The notes beneath the pieces were generated by a model. That model saw nothing but the letters and a program-made list of their open reading frames with translations, ran no database searches and had not been told where the DNA came from. From positions 306,572-330,571 of the forward strand of contig NZ_CP047945.1 of the NCBI RefSeq assembly GCF_014279795.1: a DNA stretch of 24,000 bases. The letters are read 5' to 3'. Origin of the DNA: Synechococcus sp. PROS-7-1 (GTDB lineage Bacteria; Cyanobacteriota; Cyanobacteriia; PCC-6307; Cyanobiaceae). Below, piece after piece: positions 1 through 10,061 of this stretch. Position numbers and translations under genes: made by a program. How positions within the stretch are numbered: position 1 is the first letter of the stretch; each line of letters starts with the position of its first letter.

Positions 1-7
1 CCCGACA

Positions 8-1939
8 TTGAAACCTGAGTTGTCGCGTTCCTATTCGATTGGAGTCGCTGAGCGAGCTGTTCGCTTTCCGCCCAGGGCCCGCCGGCTGCTGCTGATCGGC
101 ATCGACGCTCTGCTGCTGCCATTGGCGGTGTGGCTCAGCTTTTGGCTGCGGCTGGCCCATCCGCTCCATCCCAGCTTTCAGTCTGCCGGGTTGTGGTTGA
201 TCCCAGCAGTGTTGCTGGTTGGCCTGCCGCTGTATGCCCTCACCGGGCAATACAAAGGCCTCACGCGCTACGTCGGTAGCCGTGCTCTTTACCGGCTTGC
301 AGGTCGCAATGGTCTGTTGGTGCTGCTGTTGGCGGGCACCGGCGTGATGTTGCGTCTGCCGATGCCGCCCCGTAGCAGTTGGATTCTGCTCTGGTTGCTG
401 CTCACCGGTTTCACCGGAGCGGTGCGGTTTGCCCTGCGTGATCTGCTCCTGTCGCTGCGGTCGGTGAGCCAAAAGCAAATGGTGCGTGTGGCCATCTACG
501 GCGCCGGTGAGGCTGGTGCCCAGCTCACCGCTGCACTGCGCCTGGCTGGTAACCATCAGATCGTGGCTTTTCTCGATGATGCGCCGAGTCTCTGGCGGCG
601 CACGATCAACGGCTTTCCGATTCAGCCGCCCCAGGTGCTGAGCGAGATCCAGGAGCAGCTCGATCAGGTGTTGCTGACGATTCCCTCGCTGCCCCGCAGT
701 GAACGTCGCCGCATCGTGGCTGAGTTGCAACGCCAGGCGATCCCGGTGTTGCAGATCCCCTCAGTCGATGACCTCACCTCCGGCCGGGCTCGCATCGATG
801 CACTCCGCCCCGTTGCCATTGAAGACCTGCTCGGCCGTGATCCCGTGCCGCCTGTGCCGGAGCTGCTCGGCCCTGGCTTGCGTGATGCGGTGGTGTGCGT
901 CACCGGCGCCGGTGGTTCGATCGGTTCGGAGCTCTGCCGCCAGATCCTGCAGCTGTTTCCGAAAACGCTGATCCTGCTCGAGAGCAGCGAACCGTCGCTC
1001 TATGCCGTGGAGCAGGAGCTGCGCCAGCAGCTGCCTGCATCAGTGACCCTGCTGCCGGTGCTCGGTAGCGCCGCCGATCCGGCGCTGGTGCAACGGCTGT
1101 TTGCCGGCCATGGCGTGCAGACCGTGTTCCATGCCGCCGCCTACAAACACGTGCCCCTGGTGGAAGCGAACCCGCTGGCGGGCCTCGCCAACAACGTGGG
1201 CTCCACCCGGGTGGTCTGCCAGGCCGCGGTGGCGACGGGCGTCAGCGAACTGGTGCTGATCTCCACCGATAAGGCCGTGCGACCCACCAATGTGATGGGG
1301 GCCAGCAAGCGTTTGGCTGAGTTGGTGCTGCAGGCGTCGGCATTGGAGCTGTCCCAGAGTGCTGAGGGCCTTGGTCAGCCCCGCACCCGACTGGCGATGG
1401 TGCGTTTCGGGAATGTTCTGGGCTCGTCGGGTTCTGTGGTCCCCCTTTTTCGAAAGCAAATTGCCGCTGGCGGACCGATCACCCTCACCCACCCGGAGAT
1501 CATTCGTTATTTCATGACGATCTCAGAGGCGGCCCAGCTTGTGCTGCAGGCTTCCACCCTCGCCCAGGGCGGTGATCTGTTCTTGCTCGATATGGGAGAA
1601 CCGGTGCGCATCAAAGACCTGGCGGAGCAGATGGTGCGCCTCGGAGGTTTGTCGCTTCGTGATGCTCAGAATCCCAGCGGCGACATCGAGATTGTTTGCA
1701 CTGGTCTGCGCCCCGGCGAGAAGCTTTATGAAGAACTTCTCATTGATGCTGAGTCTGAATCCACCCAACACCCCCTGATCTTCCGCGCCCAGGAACGGGC
1801 TCTGCCGCCAGACGTGCTCTGGCCTCGCCTCGATGCGCTCGACGCCGCGATCTCCGCCCAGGATGTGGACGGTGCCCTTGCTCTGCTGGCGGAGCTGGTT
1901 CCCGAGTGGCAGCGGGGGGATGGGACAAGACAGCCGTGA
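8..1939 (+). CDS. Membrane-anchored nucleoside-diphosphate-sugar 4,6-dehydratase, WbpM/FlaA1/PglF/CapD-like (polysaccharide biosynthesis); TTG start in the track, true start may lie upstream of the window
   Basis: 643 aa ORF; N-terminal hydrophobic segments; Rossmann motif VCVTGAGGSIGSELCRQ; STDKAVRPTNVMGASKR, in which Met replaces the usual Tyr of YxxxK as in WbpM/FlaA1-type dehydratases; C-terminal GLRPGEKLYEELL. Confidence 0.93.
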   Translation: MKPELSRSYSIGVAERAVRFPPRARRLLLIGIDALLLPLAVWLSFWLRLAHPLHPSFQSAGLWLIPAVLLVGLPLYALTGQYKGLTRYVGSRALYRLAGRNGLLVLLLAGTGVMLRLPMPPRSSWILLWLLLTGFTGAVRFALRDLLLSLRSVSQKQMVRVAIYGAGEAGAQLTAALRLAGNHQIVAFLDDAPSLWRRTINGFPIQPPQVLSEIQEQLDQVLLTIPSLPRSERRRIVAELQRQAIPVLQIPSVDDLTSGRARIDALRPVAIEDLLGRDPVPPVPELLGPGLRDAVVCVTGAGGSIGSELCRQILQLFPKTLILLESSEPSLYAVEQELRQQLPASVTLLPVLGSAADPALVQRLFAGHGVQTVFHAAAYKHVPLVEANPLAGLANNVGSTRVVCQAAVATGVSELVLISTDKAVRPTNVMGASKRLAELVLQASALELSQSAEGLGQPRTRLAMVRFGNVLGSSGSVVPLFRKQIAAGGPITLTHPEIIRYFMTISEAAQLVLQASTLAQGGDLFLLDMGEPVRIKDLAEQMVRLGGLSLRDAQNPSGDIEIVCTGLRPGEKLYEELLIDAESESTQHPLIFRAQERALPPDVLWPRLDALDAAISAQDVDGALALLAELVPEWQRGDGTRQP

Positions 1940-2368
1940 GCCGATTTTTTGTGGGTGATTTATGCGCTTATGGGCATAAAGCGGTCTCTCATGGCGCTAC
2001 TCCTTCCCCATGGGGTTTGGGGTGATTTGCTGTCATCGCGGCCGGCGGCCTTGTGAACGCTGCTGGGGAGGGGTGGGTCCAGCAGTCGGGTTTAGCGTGG
2101 TGTCAGATGAGTGATGCTCGATGCCGCACGCGTTCTTGTCCGCCAGCGACACCTCAGTGTTGGTGCGGTGTCAGTGAGTTGGCGCGCCAGGCGTTGCGCC
2201 GCCCCGCTGGGCCGGAGGAGCCGCGATCGGAGCGGTCCGGCTTGCCCCTCCTGCCGATCAACACCTCAGGTTGTGTGGTGGATCTCAGTCTGGTGAATCA
2301 GCTGCGTGATGACGAGAGCTGAAGCCATGCCCATCGCTTTGCTCAGCAGGCAAAGTTGACAACATGCG

Positions 2369-2803
2369 TCAGGCCAGAAGGAGTCGTTCGAGGCCGGCGA
2401 AGCGCTCGAAGTCGCGATCAAAGCTCACAAGCCGCCAGCCATTGCTGATGGCCAGCGCTGCCAGGTAGGTGTCGGTGCACAGGCGGGCCGGGTGGTTGCC
2501 CTCTGTCATTAGCTCGTGGAAGACATCCCAGCCATCACTCGTTGGTGTCGCCATGCCCACCCCCTCGAGTTGGCAAAACGCTCGCAGAAGCTCAGAGGCA
2601 TCCCGGGCGCTTTTCACCGCGGCGCCCATCACCTTCGCTTGGCTTGCCAGGCGCACCAAGCCCAGGGCCGTCACCGTGCAGAACAGCACCTGTTCAGCGG
2701 CTTCGCTCTCCCAGTAGGCCACCGCATGATCGTGGTGCTTGTGATCGGCTGTCGCTAATGCCAGCCACACGTTCAGGTCGGGTAGGTCTACGCGGCCGCT
2801 CAT
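2369..2803 (-). CDS. VapC-like PIN-domain toxin
   Basis: 144 aa; N-terminal DLPDLNVWLALA, TVTALGLVRLAS, CTDTYLAALAISNGWRLVSFDRDFERF match the PIN-domain acidic motif layout; overlaps the upstream small ORF by 4 nt. Confidence 0.85.
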   Translation of the reverse strand: MSGRVDLPDLNVWLALATADHKHHDHAVAYWESEAAEQVLFCTVTALGLVRLASQAKVMGAAVKSARDASELLRAFCQLEGVGMATPTSDGWDVFHELMTEGNHPARLCTDTYLAALAISNGWRLVSFDRDFERFAGLERLLLA

Positions 2804-3039
2804 GGCTCAAGCAGTTCAAACAGGGCCGCATTGCTCATGCGGCTGGAGTCAATTGCAAGGTGACCCTCAAGTCTTGGCAGCTGACGAGCTGAGCGTTGCG
2901 CTGCGGTCGATGGCGTCGGGGCTTCAAGCCCTTTTTCCACGTAGTGCTGCAAAAGCTGCTTCAGGGTCAGCTGTTCCCTGGCAGCCCTCGCTTTGAGTCG
3001 CGCGAACAGTGGGTCTGGTAGTTCGAGCGTTGTTCGCAT
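2800..3039 (-). CDS. VapB-like antitoxin (ribbon-helix-helix-like N-terminus); track ORF extends to 3078, internal Met at 3039 is the more likely start
   Basis: MRTTLELPDPLFARLKARAAREQLTLKQLLQHYVEKGL reads like an RHH antitoxin; ATGA-type overlap with the downstream PIN gene. Confidence 0.75.
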   Translation of the reverse strand: MRTTLELPDPLFARLKARAAREQLTLKQLLQHYVEKGLEAPTPSTAAQRSARQLPRLEGHLAIDSSRMSNAALFELLEP

Positions 3040-3125
3040 GGAGCAGCTTATTTGTATGCGCATTTTAATGCGCATCAACGCGATCTATCCATGGCGTGAT
3101 GGCGAGGCTTGATTGATCCTGAGGG

Positions 3126-4049
3126 TTGAGCGGACGCTCCATCAGCCCCATGGCTCCCACCTTGTATCTGCACTGGACGGCCACCGGTTACGACTGGATC
3201 CGGCCCGGGCACTACCACTCGATCATCGGCGGCGACGGCCGGGTACATCGGCTTCATGCCTACAGCGTGGATCTGCCCGCCCACACCTACGGCCGCAACC
3301 GCAACAGCGTCGCTCTCTCCTGCGCGTGCATGGGCGGCATCCCCGACCCCTGGACCCTGCCGCCCACTCCCGCTCAGCTCACCAGCCTCTGCACCGAAGC
3401 CGCCGCGATCGCCCGCAGCTGGGGCTGGCAGGAGGGAGACATCAGCCTGCAATCGGTGATGACCCACGCGGAAGCCGCCTCCAATCGCGATGGCCGCGTG
3501 ATGCACGACAACTACGGGCCCATGATCTGGGGCGGCAGCGGCGAGCGCTGGGATCTGCTGCAGCTCGAGAAGAATGGCCCCAGCGACGGTGGCGAGCAGC
3601 TGCGCCAGCGCATCCGCGCCCTGCTGTGCGGTGATCCCTCACCCACGCCTGCCGCGCCCTTGCTCTTCAAGGGCGAGACCGTGATCCAGGCCCGTGGCGC
3701 CGATCTGGCGGTGCAGATCGACGCGCTGGGCCGCTCCTGGGCACTCGCCGCGGATTTGCTCAACCGCTACGAGATTCCCTACGTCTGGGATGCCAGCCTG
3801 CGCCGCATCCTGATCGGGGCCCTCGATGTGGCTCCCACCTACCGTGACGATGCCGTGCAGGCGTCGGTGGGATGGCCGTTGGTGGAACTCACCCTGCAGA
3901 CCGGCAACGCCCCGGTGATCCTCACCGGCATCCTCCGCCCAGGCCCCAGCGGTGACCGCGCCTGGTGCCGGGTGGTGGAGTTCGCTGAGGAGTTTGGGAT
4001 CTCCGTGAGCTACGAGCCTTTGGTGCTGGCTGAGCGCCGGGGAGGCTAG
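3126..4049 (+). CDS. N-acetylmuramoyl-L-alanine amidase-like / peptidoglycan-recognition-fold protein with an unassigned C-terminal region; start could be 3126 or the internal Met at 3150
   Basis: 307 aa; LYLHWTATG near the N-terminus, internal YHSIIGGDG, SVALSCACMGG, VMTHAEAASNRDG and GERWDL resemble the ligand pattern of amidase_2-type domains; no obvious signal peptide. Confidence 0.6.
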   Translation: MSGRSISPMAPTLYLHWTATGYDWIRPGHYHSIIGGDGRVHRLHAYSVDLPAHTYGRNRNSVALSCACMGGIPDPWTLPPTPAQLTSLCTEAAAIARSWGWQEGDISLQSVMTHAEAASNRDGRVMHDNYGPMIWGGSGERWDLLQLEKNGPSDGGEQLRQRIRALLCGDPSPTPAAPLLFKGETVIQARGADLAVQIDALGRSWALAADLLNRYEIPYVWDASLRRILIGALDVAPTYRDDAVQASVGWPLVELTLQTGNAPVILTGILRPGPSGDRAWCRVVEFAEEFGISVSYEPLVLAERRGG

Positions 4050-4477
4050 TGCCGATTCAGAATGGCCTTATGAATCGTTCGGCGGATTGGTTGCATCAGG
4101 CCCAGGCGGATCTAGCCCAGGCCAGCCTCAGCGCAGGGGCGGGCCACCACGAATGGGCCTGCTTTGCCTCCCATCAGGCTGTTGAAAAGGCCTTGAAAGC
4201 TTTGCATCTTCAGCAGGGGCAGCAGAGCTGGGGCCACGGCTTGGGGCGGTCTTACCGGGAGCTGCCTGAGGCGGTTGTTGAGCAACTGGCCGCAGCGGTG
4301 ACGGATCTGGAAGACCGCTTGCGGGTGCTGGATGCTCTATACATCCCCACGCGTTACCCCGATAGCCTGCCGGAAGGTGCCCCCACCGACCACTTCGGCC
4401 GCCTGCAAAGTTCAGACGCCATTAGCCATGCCCGTGCGCTCGTTGAAGCAATCCGTCTGGCGCTGGCCAGCTCCTGA
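4049..4477 (+). CDS. HEPN-domain protein; GTG at 4049 in the track, ATG at 4070 is the alternative start
   Basis: WACFASHQAVEKALKALHLQQG and RYPDSLPEG..DHFGRLQSSDAISHARALVEAI match the HEPN (PF05168-type) pattern; followed by a nucleotidyltransferase gene. Confidence 0.85.
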   Translation: MPIQNGLMNRSADWLHQAQADLAQASLSAGAGHHEWACFASHQAVEKALKALHLQQGQQSWGHGLGRSYRELPEAVVEQLAAAVTDLEDRLRVLDALYIPTRYPDSLPEGAPTDHFGRLQSSDAISHARALVEAIRLALASS

Positions 4478-4784
4478 GCAGGTCCTCGACGACGTGCAGG
4501 TCTGGGCACAGCAGCAGCAACGGCGGGTTCCAAGCCTGCAGCGCCTGGGTGTGTTTGGCAGTTACGGGCGTGGCACGGCCGCCTTTGGCAGCGACCTTGA
4601 TCTGATCCTGGTCGATGCCCAGGCCAAAGGCGGTCAGATTGAGCGCCTGCAGCAGTGGCCGCTCGCCGACCTTCCCCTCAGTTGTGATGCCCTGGTGCTC
4701 ACCCCTTCTGAACTGGAGCAACGCTTGAACGACGGTTCCCGCATGGCCATAGAGCTCAAGCGCGACCTGCGTTGGCTGCTCTGA
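4428..4784 (+). CDS. MNT-type minimal nucleotidyltransferase, partner of the upstream HEPN gene; the longer track ORF from 4332 probably overcalls the N-terminus
   Basis: RLGVFGSYGRGTAAFGSDLDLILVD carries the GSxxxG...DxD nucleotidyltransferase signature; overlaps the HEPN 3' end. Confidence 0.85.
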   Translation: MPVRSLKQSVWRWPAPEQVLDDVQVWAQQQQRRVPSLQRLGVFGSYGRGTAAFGSDLDLILVDAQAKGGQIERLQQWPLADLPLSCDALVLTPSELEQRLNDGSRMAIELKRDLRWLL

Positions 4785-4797
4785 CGCTGCGCCGGCC

Positions 4798-5547
4798 ATG
4801 GCCTACATCCTCAGCAAGCTTCTCCCCCTAGCACTGCTCCCCCTCGGCCTCAGTCTGATCCTGCTGCTGGTGGGTCTGCTCGGCCGTTGGCGCTGGCCCG
4901 TGATCACCGCCCTGCTGTTGCTGTGGGTGTTTTCTCTGGGGTTGGTGAGCCAGGGCCTCTGGCGTTGGCTGGAAGCCCCCTGGACCCGTCAGCCTGCTGC
5001 TGCGGCCCCCAGCGCCGATGCGATCGTGGTGCTCAGCGGCGGCCGCCATCCCGCCCCGGGCCCGGCCCGGGTGAGCGAGTGGCACGATCCCGATCGCTTC
5101 CTGGCCGGTCTCGATCTCTTCCGCGCCGGCAAGGCGCCGCGGTTGCTGTTCACCGGTGGGTCCAGTCCCTTCCGCCCCGGTCAGCCCCCGGAAGGTGAGC
5201 GCTACCTCCGCGAAGCCCAGCAGTTGGGCATTCCCTCTGCTGCCATGGCCAGCACGCCGCCGGTGGTCAACACCGCCGAGGAGGCGGCCGCCATTGCTCA
5301 GTTGCTGCCCGCGCGCGCGCCGATCCTCCTGGTCACCAGCGCCTTTCACATGCGCCGCGCCCAGCGCCTCTTCGAGCGCCGGGGCCTCGTGGTGCAGCCG
5401 TTTCCGGTGGATTTTCAGGCCCGCGGCGCCTGGGCGGGCCCCCTTTGGCGCGATCCCACCCAGTGGTTCCCAAGCGCCCGTTCCCTCGATGACAGCTCCC
5501 GGGCCTTGCGTGAACTGTTGGGCCGGATCGTCTACCGCGTGTGGTGA
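4798..5547 (+). CDS. YdcF/ElyC/SanA-like (DUF218) membrane protein
   Basis: 249 aa; N-terminal TM segments, SADAIVVLSGG, APRLLFTGG, NTAEEAAAIAQLL, ILLVTSAFHMRRAQRLFERRG motifs. Confidence 0.88.
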   Translation: MAYILSKLLPLALLPLGLSLILLLVGLLGRWRWPVITALLLLWVFSLGLVSQGLWRWLEAPWTRQPAAAAPSADAIVVLSGGRHPAPGPARVSEWHDPDRFLAGLDLFRAGKAPRLLFTGGSSPFRPGQPPEGERYLREAQQLGIPSAAMASTPPVVNTAEEAAAIAQLLPARAPILLVTSAFHMRRAQRLFERRGLVVQPFPVDFQARGAWAGPLWRDPTQWFPSARSLDDSSRALRELLGRIVYRVW

Positions 5548-5762
5548 ACGCAATCGCGGGCCCACAGCACCTGGCCCGCGCGTTCGATGTGGTCGAGAAG
5601 GTCTTGGTGATCGATCAAATGGCGCAGCTGCAGATCAATTCGCCATGGCAACAGCAAATCATCGAGCGCTGACGCCCGAGCGCCCTGGACCCATACAGCA
5701 CCACACGGTTCACGCTTGGATGCGCTCGGATCAGCTTGAGAAGCTGTTGGCCTGCAGCGCAT
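5532..5762 (-). pseudogene. Degraded MntA/HI0073-like nucleotidyltransferase (frameshift plus internal deletion)
   Basis: Reverse strand codes VVLYGSRALG (GSRALG at 5675-5692) in one frame that reaches a stop at 5615-5617. The family C-terminus ALDDLLLPWRIDLQLRHLIDHQDLLDHIERAGQVLW lies in a different frame starting at about 5669. The DxD-containing middle is missing. Confidence 0.82.
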
Positions 5763-6135
5763 CGATGGACTGGCTCACAATCAGGTCGGCAATCTCTCTG
5801 GCGATCGCTGGGTTGTAGCTGTGGCTGGTGAGATTGCGGCTGCGGATCATGGCCATCCAGGTGGTTTCCGTTCCCGCCGGCAGCAGCTCACGCACAACCG
5901 CTTCACGCACGGCGTCCCTGGAGCCGCTGATGCCACTCACGCCTTGATTCACCAAAAAGTCTTTGAGCAACAACCAGCTCAATTCATGGGTGAATTCAAA
6001 CGCCTGGATCAACCCCTGTTGTTCCAGCTCGCTCAAGGCTCGAGTCTGAGCAAGCTGAATGGCGCGTTCGAGTGTGCCGAGCGCTCGTCCGTAATTCTCG
6101 AGGCGCTGCAGCCAACGCACATCCGACTCGGCCAT
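5731..6135 (-). CDS. HepT/HI0074-like HEPN protein (nucleotidyltransferase substrate-binding family)
   Basis: 134 aa; [28 protein letters not shown] and [13 protein letters not shown], which contains an intact RX4HXY motif at 5815-5838. Confidence 0.88.
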   Translation of the reverse strand: MAESDVRWLQRLENYGRALGTLERAIQLAQTRALSELEQQGLIQAFEFTHELSWLLLKDFLVNQGVSGISGSRDAVREAVVRELLPAGTETTWMAMIRSRNLTSHSYNPAIAREIADLIVSQSIDALQANSFSS

Positions 6136-6221
6136 TCAGCAAGCGTGTTCAACTTCAAGCGAGGCGCCTTGCCGTTCAGAGGCACGGCAAGACGGCAGAC
6201 TTCCAGGCAGCGAACGAGGGG

Positions 6222-7532
6222 ATGGGCGTGAGTCAGCTGCAGAGCCTGCGCGGCATGGTCGACCTGCTGCCGGAGCAGACCCGCCGCTGGCAGGCGGTGG
6301 AGGCTGTGGCCCGCGATCACTTCCGCCGGGCTGGGGTCGAGGAGATCCGCACGCCCCTGCTGGAGGTCACCGACTTGTTCGCCCGCGGCATCGGTGAGGG
6401 CACCGATGTGGTGGGCAAGGAGATGTATTCCTTCCTCGATCGCGGTGAGCGCTCCTGCACCCTGCGGCCGGAAGGCACGGCTTCGGTGGTGCGGGCAGCC
6501 GTGCAGCACGGTCTGCTCAGCCAGGGTGCCCAGAAGCTCTGGTACGCCGGGCCGATGTTCCGCTACGAGCGCCCCCAGGCCGGCCGCCAGCGCCAGTTCC
6601 ATCAGATCGGTGTGGAGTGCCTGGGGGTGAGCAGTGCCCGCAGCGACGTGGAAGCGATCGCTCTCGCCTGGGATCTGCTTGCTGCCCTGGGCGTGCAAGG
6701 CCTGGAGCTGGAGATCAACAGTCTTGGCACCCCTGAGGATCGTCAGCATTACCGCGCCCAACTGGTGGCCTGGCTGCAGGAGCGCGTTGATCAGCTCGAT
6801 TCGGATTCCCAGGAGCGCCTCAGCACCAACCCCTTGCGCATCCTCGACAGCAAAAACAAGGCCACCCAGGCTCTGTTGGCGGACGCCCCCACCTTGTTGG
6901 AGGCGTTGAGCCCCGAAAGTGCCCAGCGCTTCGAGCAGGTGCAGGCCCTGCTGGGTCAGCTGGCGATTCCCTTTCGCGTGAACACCCGGCTGGTGCGGGG
7001 CCTTGATTACTACGGCCACACCGCCTTTGAAATCACCAGCGATCAGCTCGGTGCCCAGGCCACCGTCTGTGGCGGGGGCCGTTACGACGGCCTGGTGGAA
7101 CAACTTGGTGGTGCTGCCACGCCGGCGATCGGCTGGGCCCTGGGCATGGAGCGCTTGCTGCTGGTGCTCGAAGCTGCTGCCAACGCCAATCCTGATGGCC
7201 CCGCCGCGCAGCTCACCGCCCCCACACCACCCACGGTTTATTTGGTGAACCGCGGTGAGGCGGCCGAAGCGGCGGCCCTTGGTTTAGCTCGTAACTTGCG
7301 CCAGGCCGGTATCGCCGTGGAGCTCGACGGCTCCGGTGCCGCCTTCGGCAAGCAGTTCAAACGCGCTGATCGTTGCGGAGCTCCTTGGGCCCTGGTGGTC
7401 GGTGATGGCGAAGCCGAGCAGGGCCAGGTGCGCTTGAAGGCTCTTCGCGGTGACGCCCACGAGCAGACCCTGGCCTGGGCCGACCCCCGCACCGATCTGC
7501 CGCTGCTGCTCAACGCTCTTCAGCAGCGGTAA
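6222..7532 (+). CDS. hisS: Histidyl-tRNA synthetase; track ORF from 6072 has a non-conserved N-terminal extension
   Basis: [113 protein letters not shown]. Confidence 0.97.
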   Translation: MGVSQLQSLRGMVDLLPEQTRRWQAVEAVARDHFRRAGVEEIRTPLLEVTDLFARGIGEGTDVVGKEMYSFLDRGERSCTLRPEGTASVVRAAVQHGLLSQGAQKLWYAGPMFRYERPQAGRQRQFHQIGVECLGVSSARSDVEAIALAWDLLAALGVQGLELEINSLGTPEDRQHYRAQLVAWLQERVDQLDSDSQERLSTNPLRILDSKNKATQALLADAPTLLEALSPESAQRFEQVQALLGQLAIPFRVNTRLVRGLDYYGHTAFEITSDQLGAQATVCGGGRYDGLVEQLGGAATPAIGWALGMERLLLVLEAAANANPDGPAAQLTAPTPPTVYLVNRGEAAEAAALGLARNLRQAGIAVELDGSGAAFGKQFKRADRCGAPWALVVGDGEAEQGQVRLKALRGDAHEQTLAWADPRTDLPLLLNALQQR

Positions 7533-7563
7533 CCTTCCCCAACACGATTGAGGGGCAAGATCC

Positions 7564-9017
7564 TTGATGGCAACGTCTGTGCCAGCCATGCCAGTGCAAC
7601 GGATCTGCTGCATTGGTGCCGGCTATGTGGGCGGGCCCACCATGGCGGTGATCGCGGATCGCTGCCCCGACATTCAAGTCACCGTGGTGGACATTAACCA
7701 GGCGCGCATCGATGCCTGGAATGACGCCGACCTCAGCAAGCTGCCGGTGTACGAACCTGGCTTGGACGCCGTGGTGGGCCGCGCCCGGGGCCGCAATCTG
7801 CGCTTTTCCACGGCTGTGGATGAGGCCATCGCTGCGGCCGACATGGTGTTCATTTCCGTGAACACCCCCACCAAAACCAAAGGCCTGGGTGCTGGCCAGG
7901 CCAGTGATCTGCGCTGGGTTGAGGCCTGCGCTCGCCAGGTGGCCAAGTCCGCCCAGGGGCACACGATCGTGGTGGAGAAAAGCACCTTGCCGGTGCGCAC
8001 CGCCGAGGCCGTGAAAGCCATCCTGTCGGCAGCGCAGCAATCCGATCACGAAGCTCCCCGCAGTTTTGCGGTGCTGTCCAACCCTGAATTCCTGGCTGAG
8101 GGCACCGCAGTTCGGGATCTTGAATCACCCGATCGCGTGTTGATCGGCGGCGAGCATCCAGAAGCGATTGATGCTCTGGCCTCCGTTTACGGCCATTGGG
8201 TCCCCCAGGAGCGCATCCTGCGCACCAATCTCTGGAGCAGTGAGCTCTCCAAGCTCACGGCCAATGCATTCCTGGCCCAGCGCATCAGTTCGATCAACTC
8301 CGTGGCAGCTCTCTGCGAAGCCACCGGCGCTGATGTGCGTGAGGTGGCCCGGGCGATCGGCACCGACAGTCGCATCGGTCCGAAGTTCCTCAATGCCGGC
8401 CCTGGCTTCGGGGGCAGCTGCTTCCAAAAAGACATTCTCAACCTGGTGTATCTCTGCCGCCATTTCGGCTTGCCGGAGGTGGCCGACTACTGGGAATCGG
8501 TGGTGAACCTGAACAGTTGGCAACAGCACCGCATCGCTCGCACGGTGGTGCAGAAGCTGTTCGGCACCGTGACCGGCAAGCGTCTGGCGATCCTCGGCTT
8601 TGCCTTCAAGGCCGACACCAACGACACCCGCGAAGCTCCTGCCATTCGCATCGCCAAGGATCTGCTGGAAGAAGGGGCGCAGCTGGCCATCCACGACCCG
8701 AAAGTGGAGCCCGAGCAGATCGCCCGCGATCTGGGCCTGCCCGCCAGCGAAGCCCCGGATGCCGAGTCCGGCCCCACCCGCGCTTCCCTTAGCGGCGAAG
8801 GCACCTGGTGGCCGAGCGCGTCTGTGGCCGATGCACTGGAGGGTGCTGATGCCGTGTTGATTCTCACGGAGTGGGACCAGTACCGGCAGCTCGACTGGTC
8901 TGATCTCGCCCCGCGCATGCGTCAGCCCGCCTGGGTGTTCGATGCTCGCTCAGTGGTGTCGCGGGACACGATCCGCGCGGCCGGCTTGCAGCTTTGGCGT
9001 GTGGGAGACGGTGACGC

Positions 9018-9021
<4 letters not shown>
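7564..9021 (+). CDS. ugd: UDP-glucose 6-dehydrogenase, eukaryote-like type; start may be ATG 7564 or 7585
   Basis: RICCIGAGYVGGPTMAVIADRCPDIQVTVVDIN, PVYEPGLDAVV, LVFISVNTPTKT-type motif, VVEKSTLPVRTAEA, VLSNPEFLAEGTAVRDLESPDRVLIGG, GPGFGGSCFQKDILNLVYLC, AILGFAFKADTNDTREAPAI. Confidence 0.95.

Positions 9022-10051
<1,030 letters not shown>

Positions 10052-10061
<10 letters not shown>

Noticed and set aside
4828-5565. 245 aa minus-strand ORF
   Set aside because: Antisense to the DUF218-like gene, which has clear motifs.
5532-5762. 77-codon ORF as a real small gene
   Set aside because: Its N-terminal part is out-of-frame readthrough; only the C-terminal part matches the MNT family, so it is better called a pseudogene remnant.
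6033-7103. 356 aa minus-strand ORF
   Set aside because: Antisense to hisS, no recognisable motifs, shadow-frame composition.
8125-8694. 189 aa minus-strand ORF, and others such as 7510-8049
   Set aside because: Antisense to ugd; no independent support.
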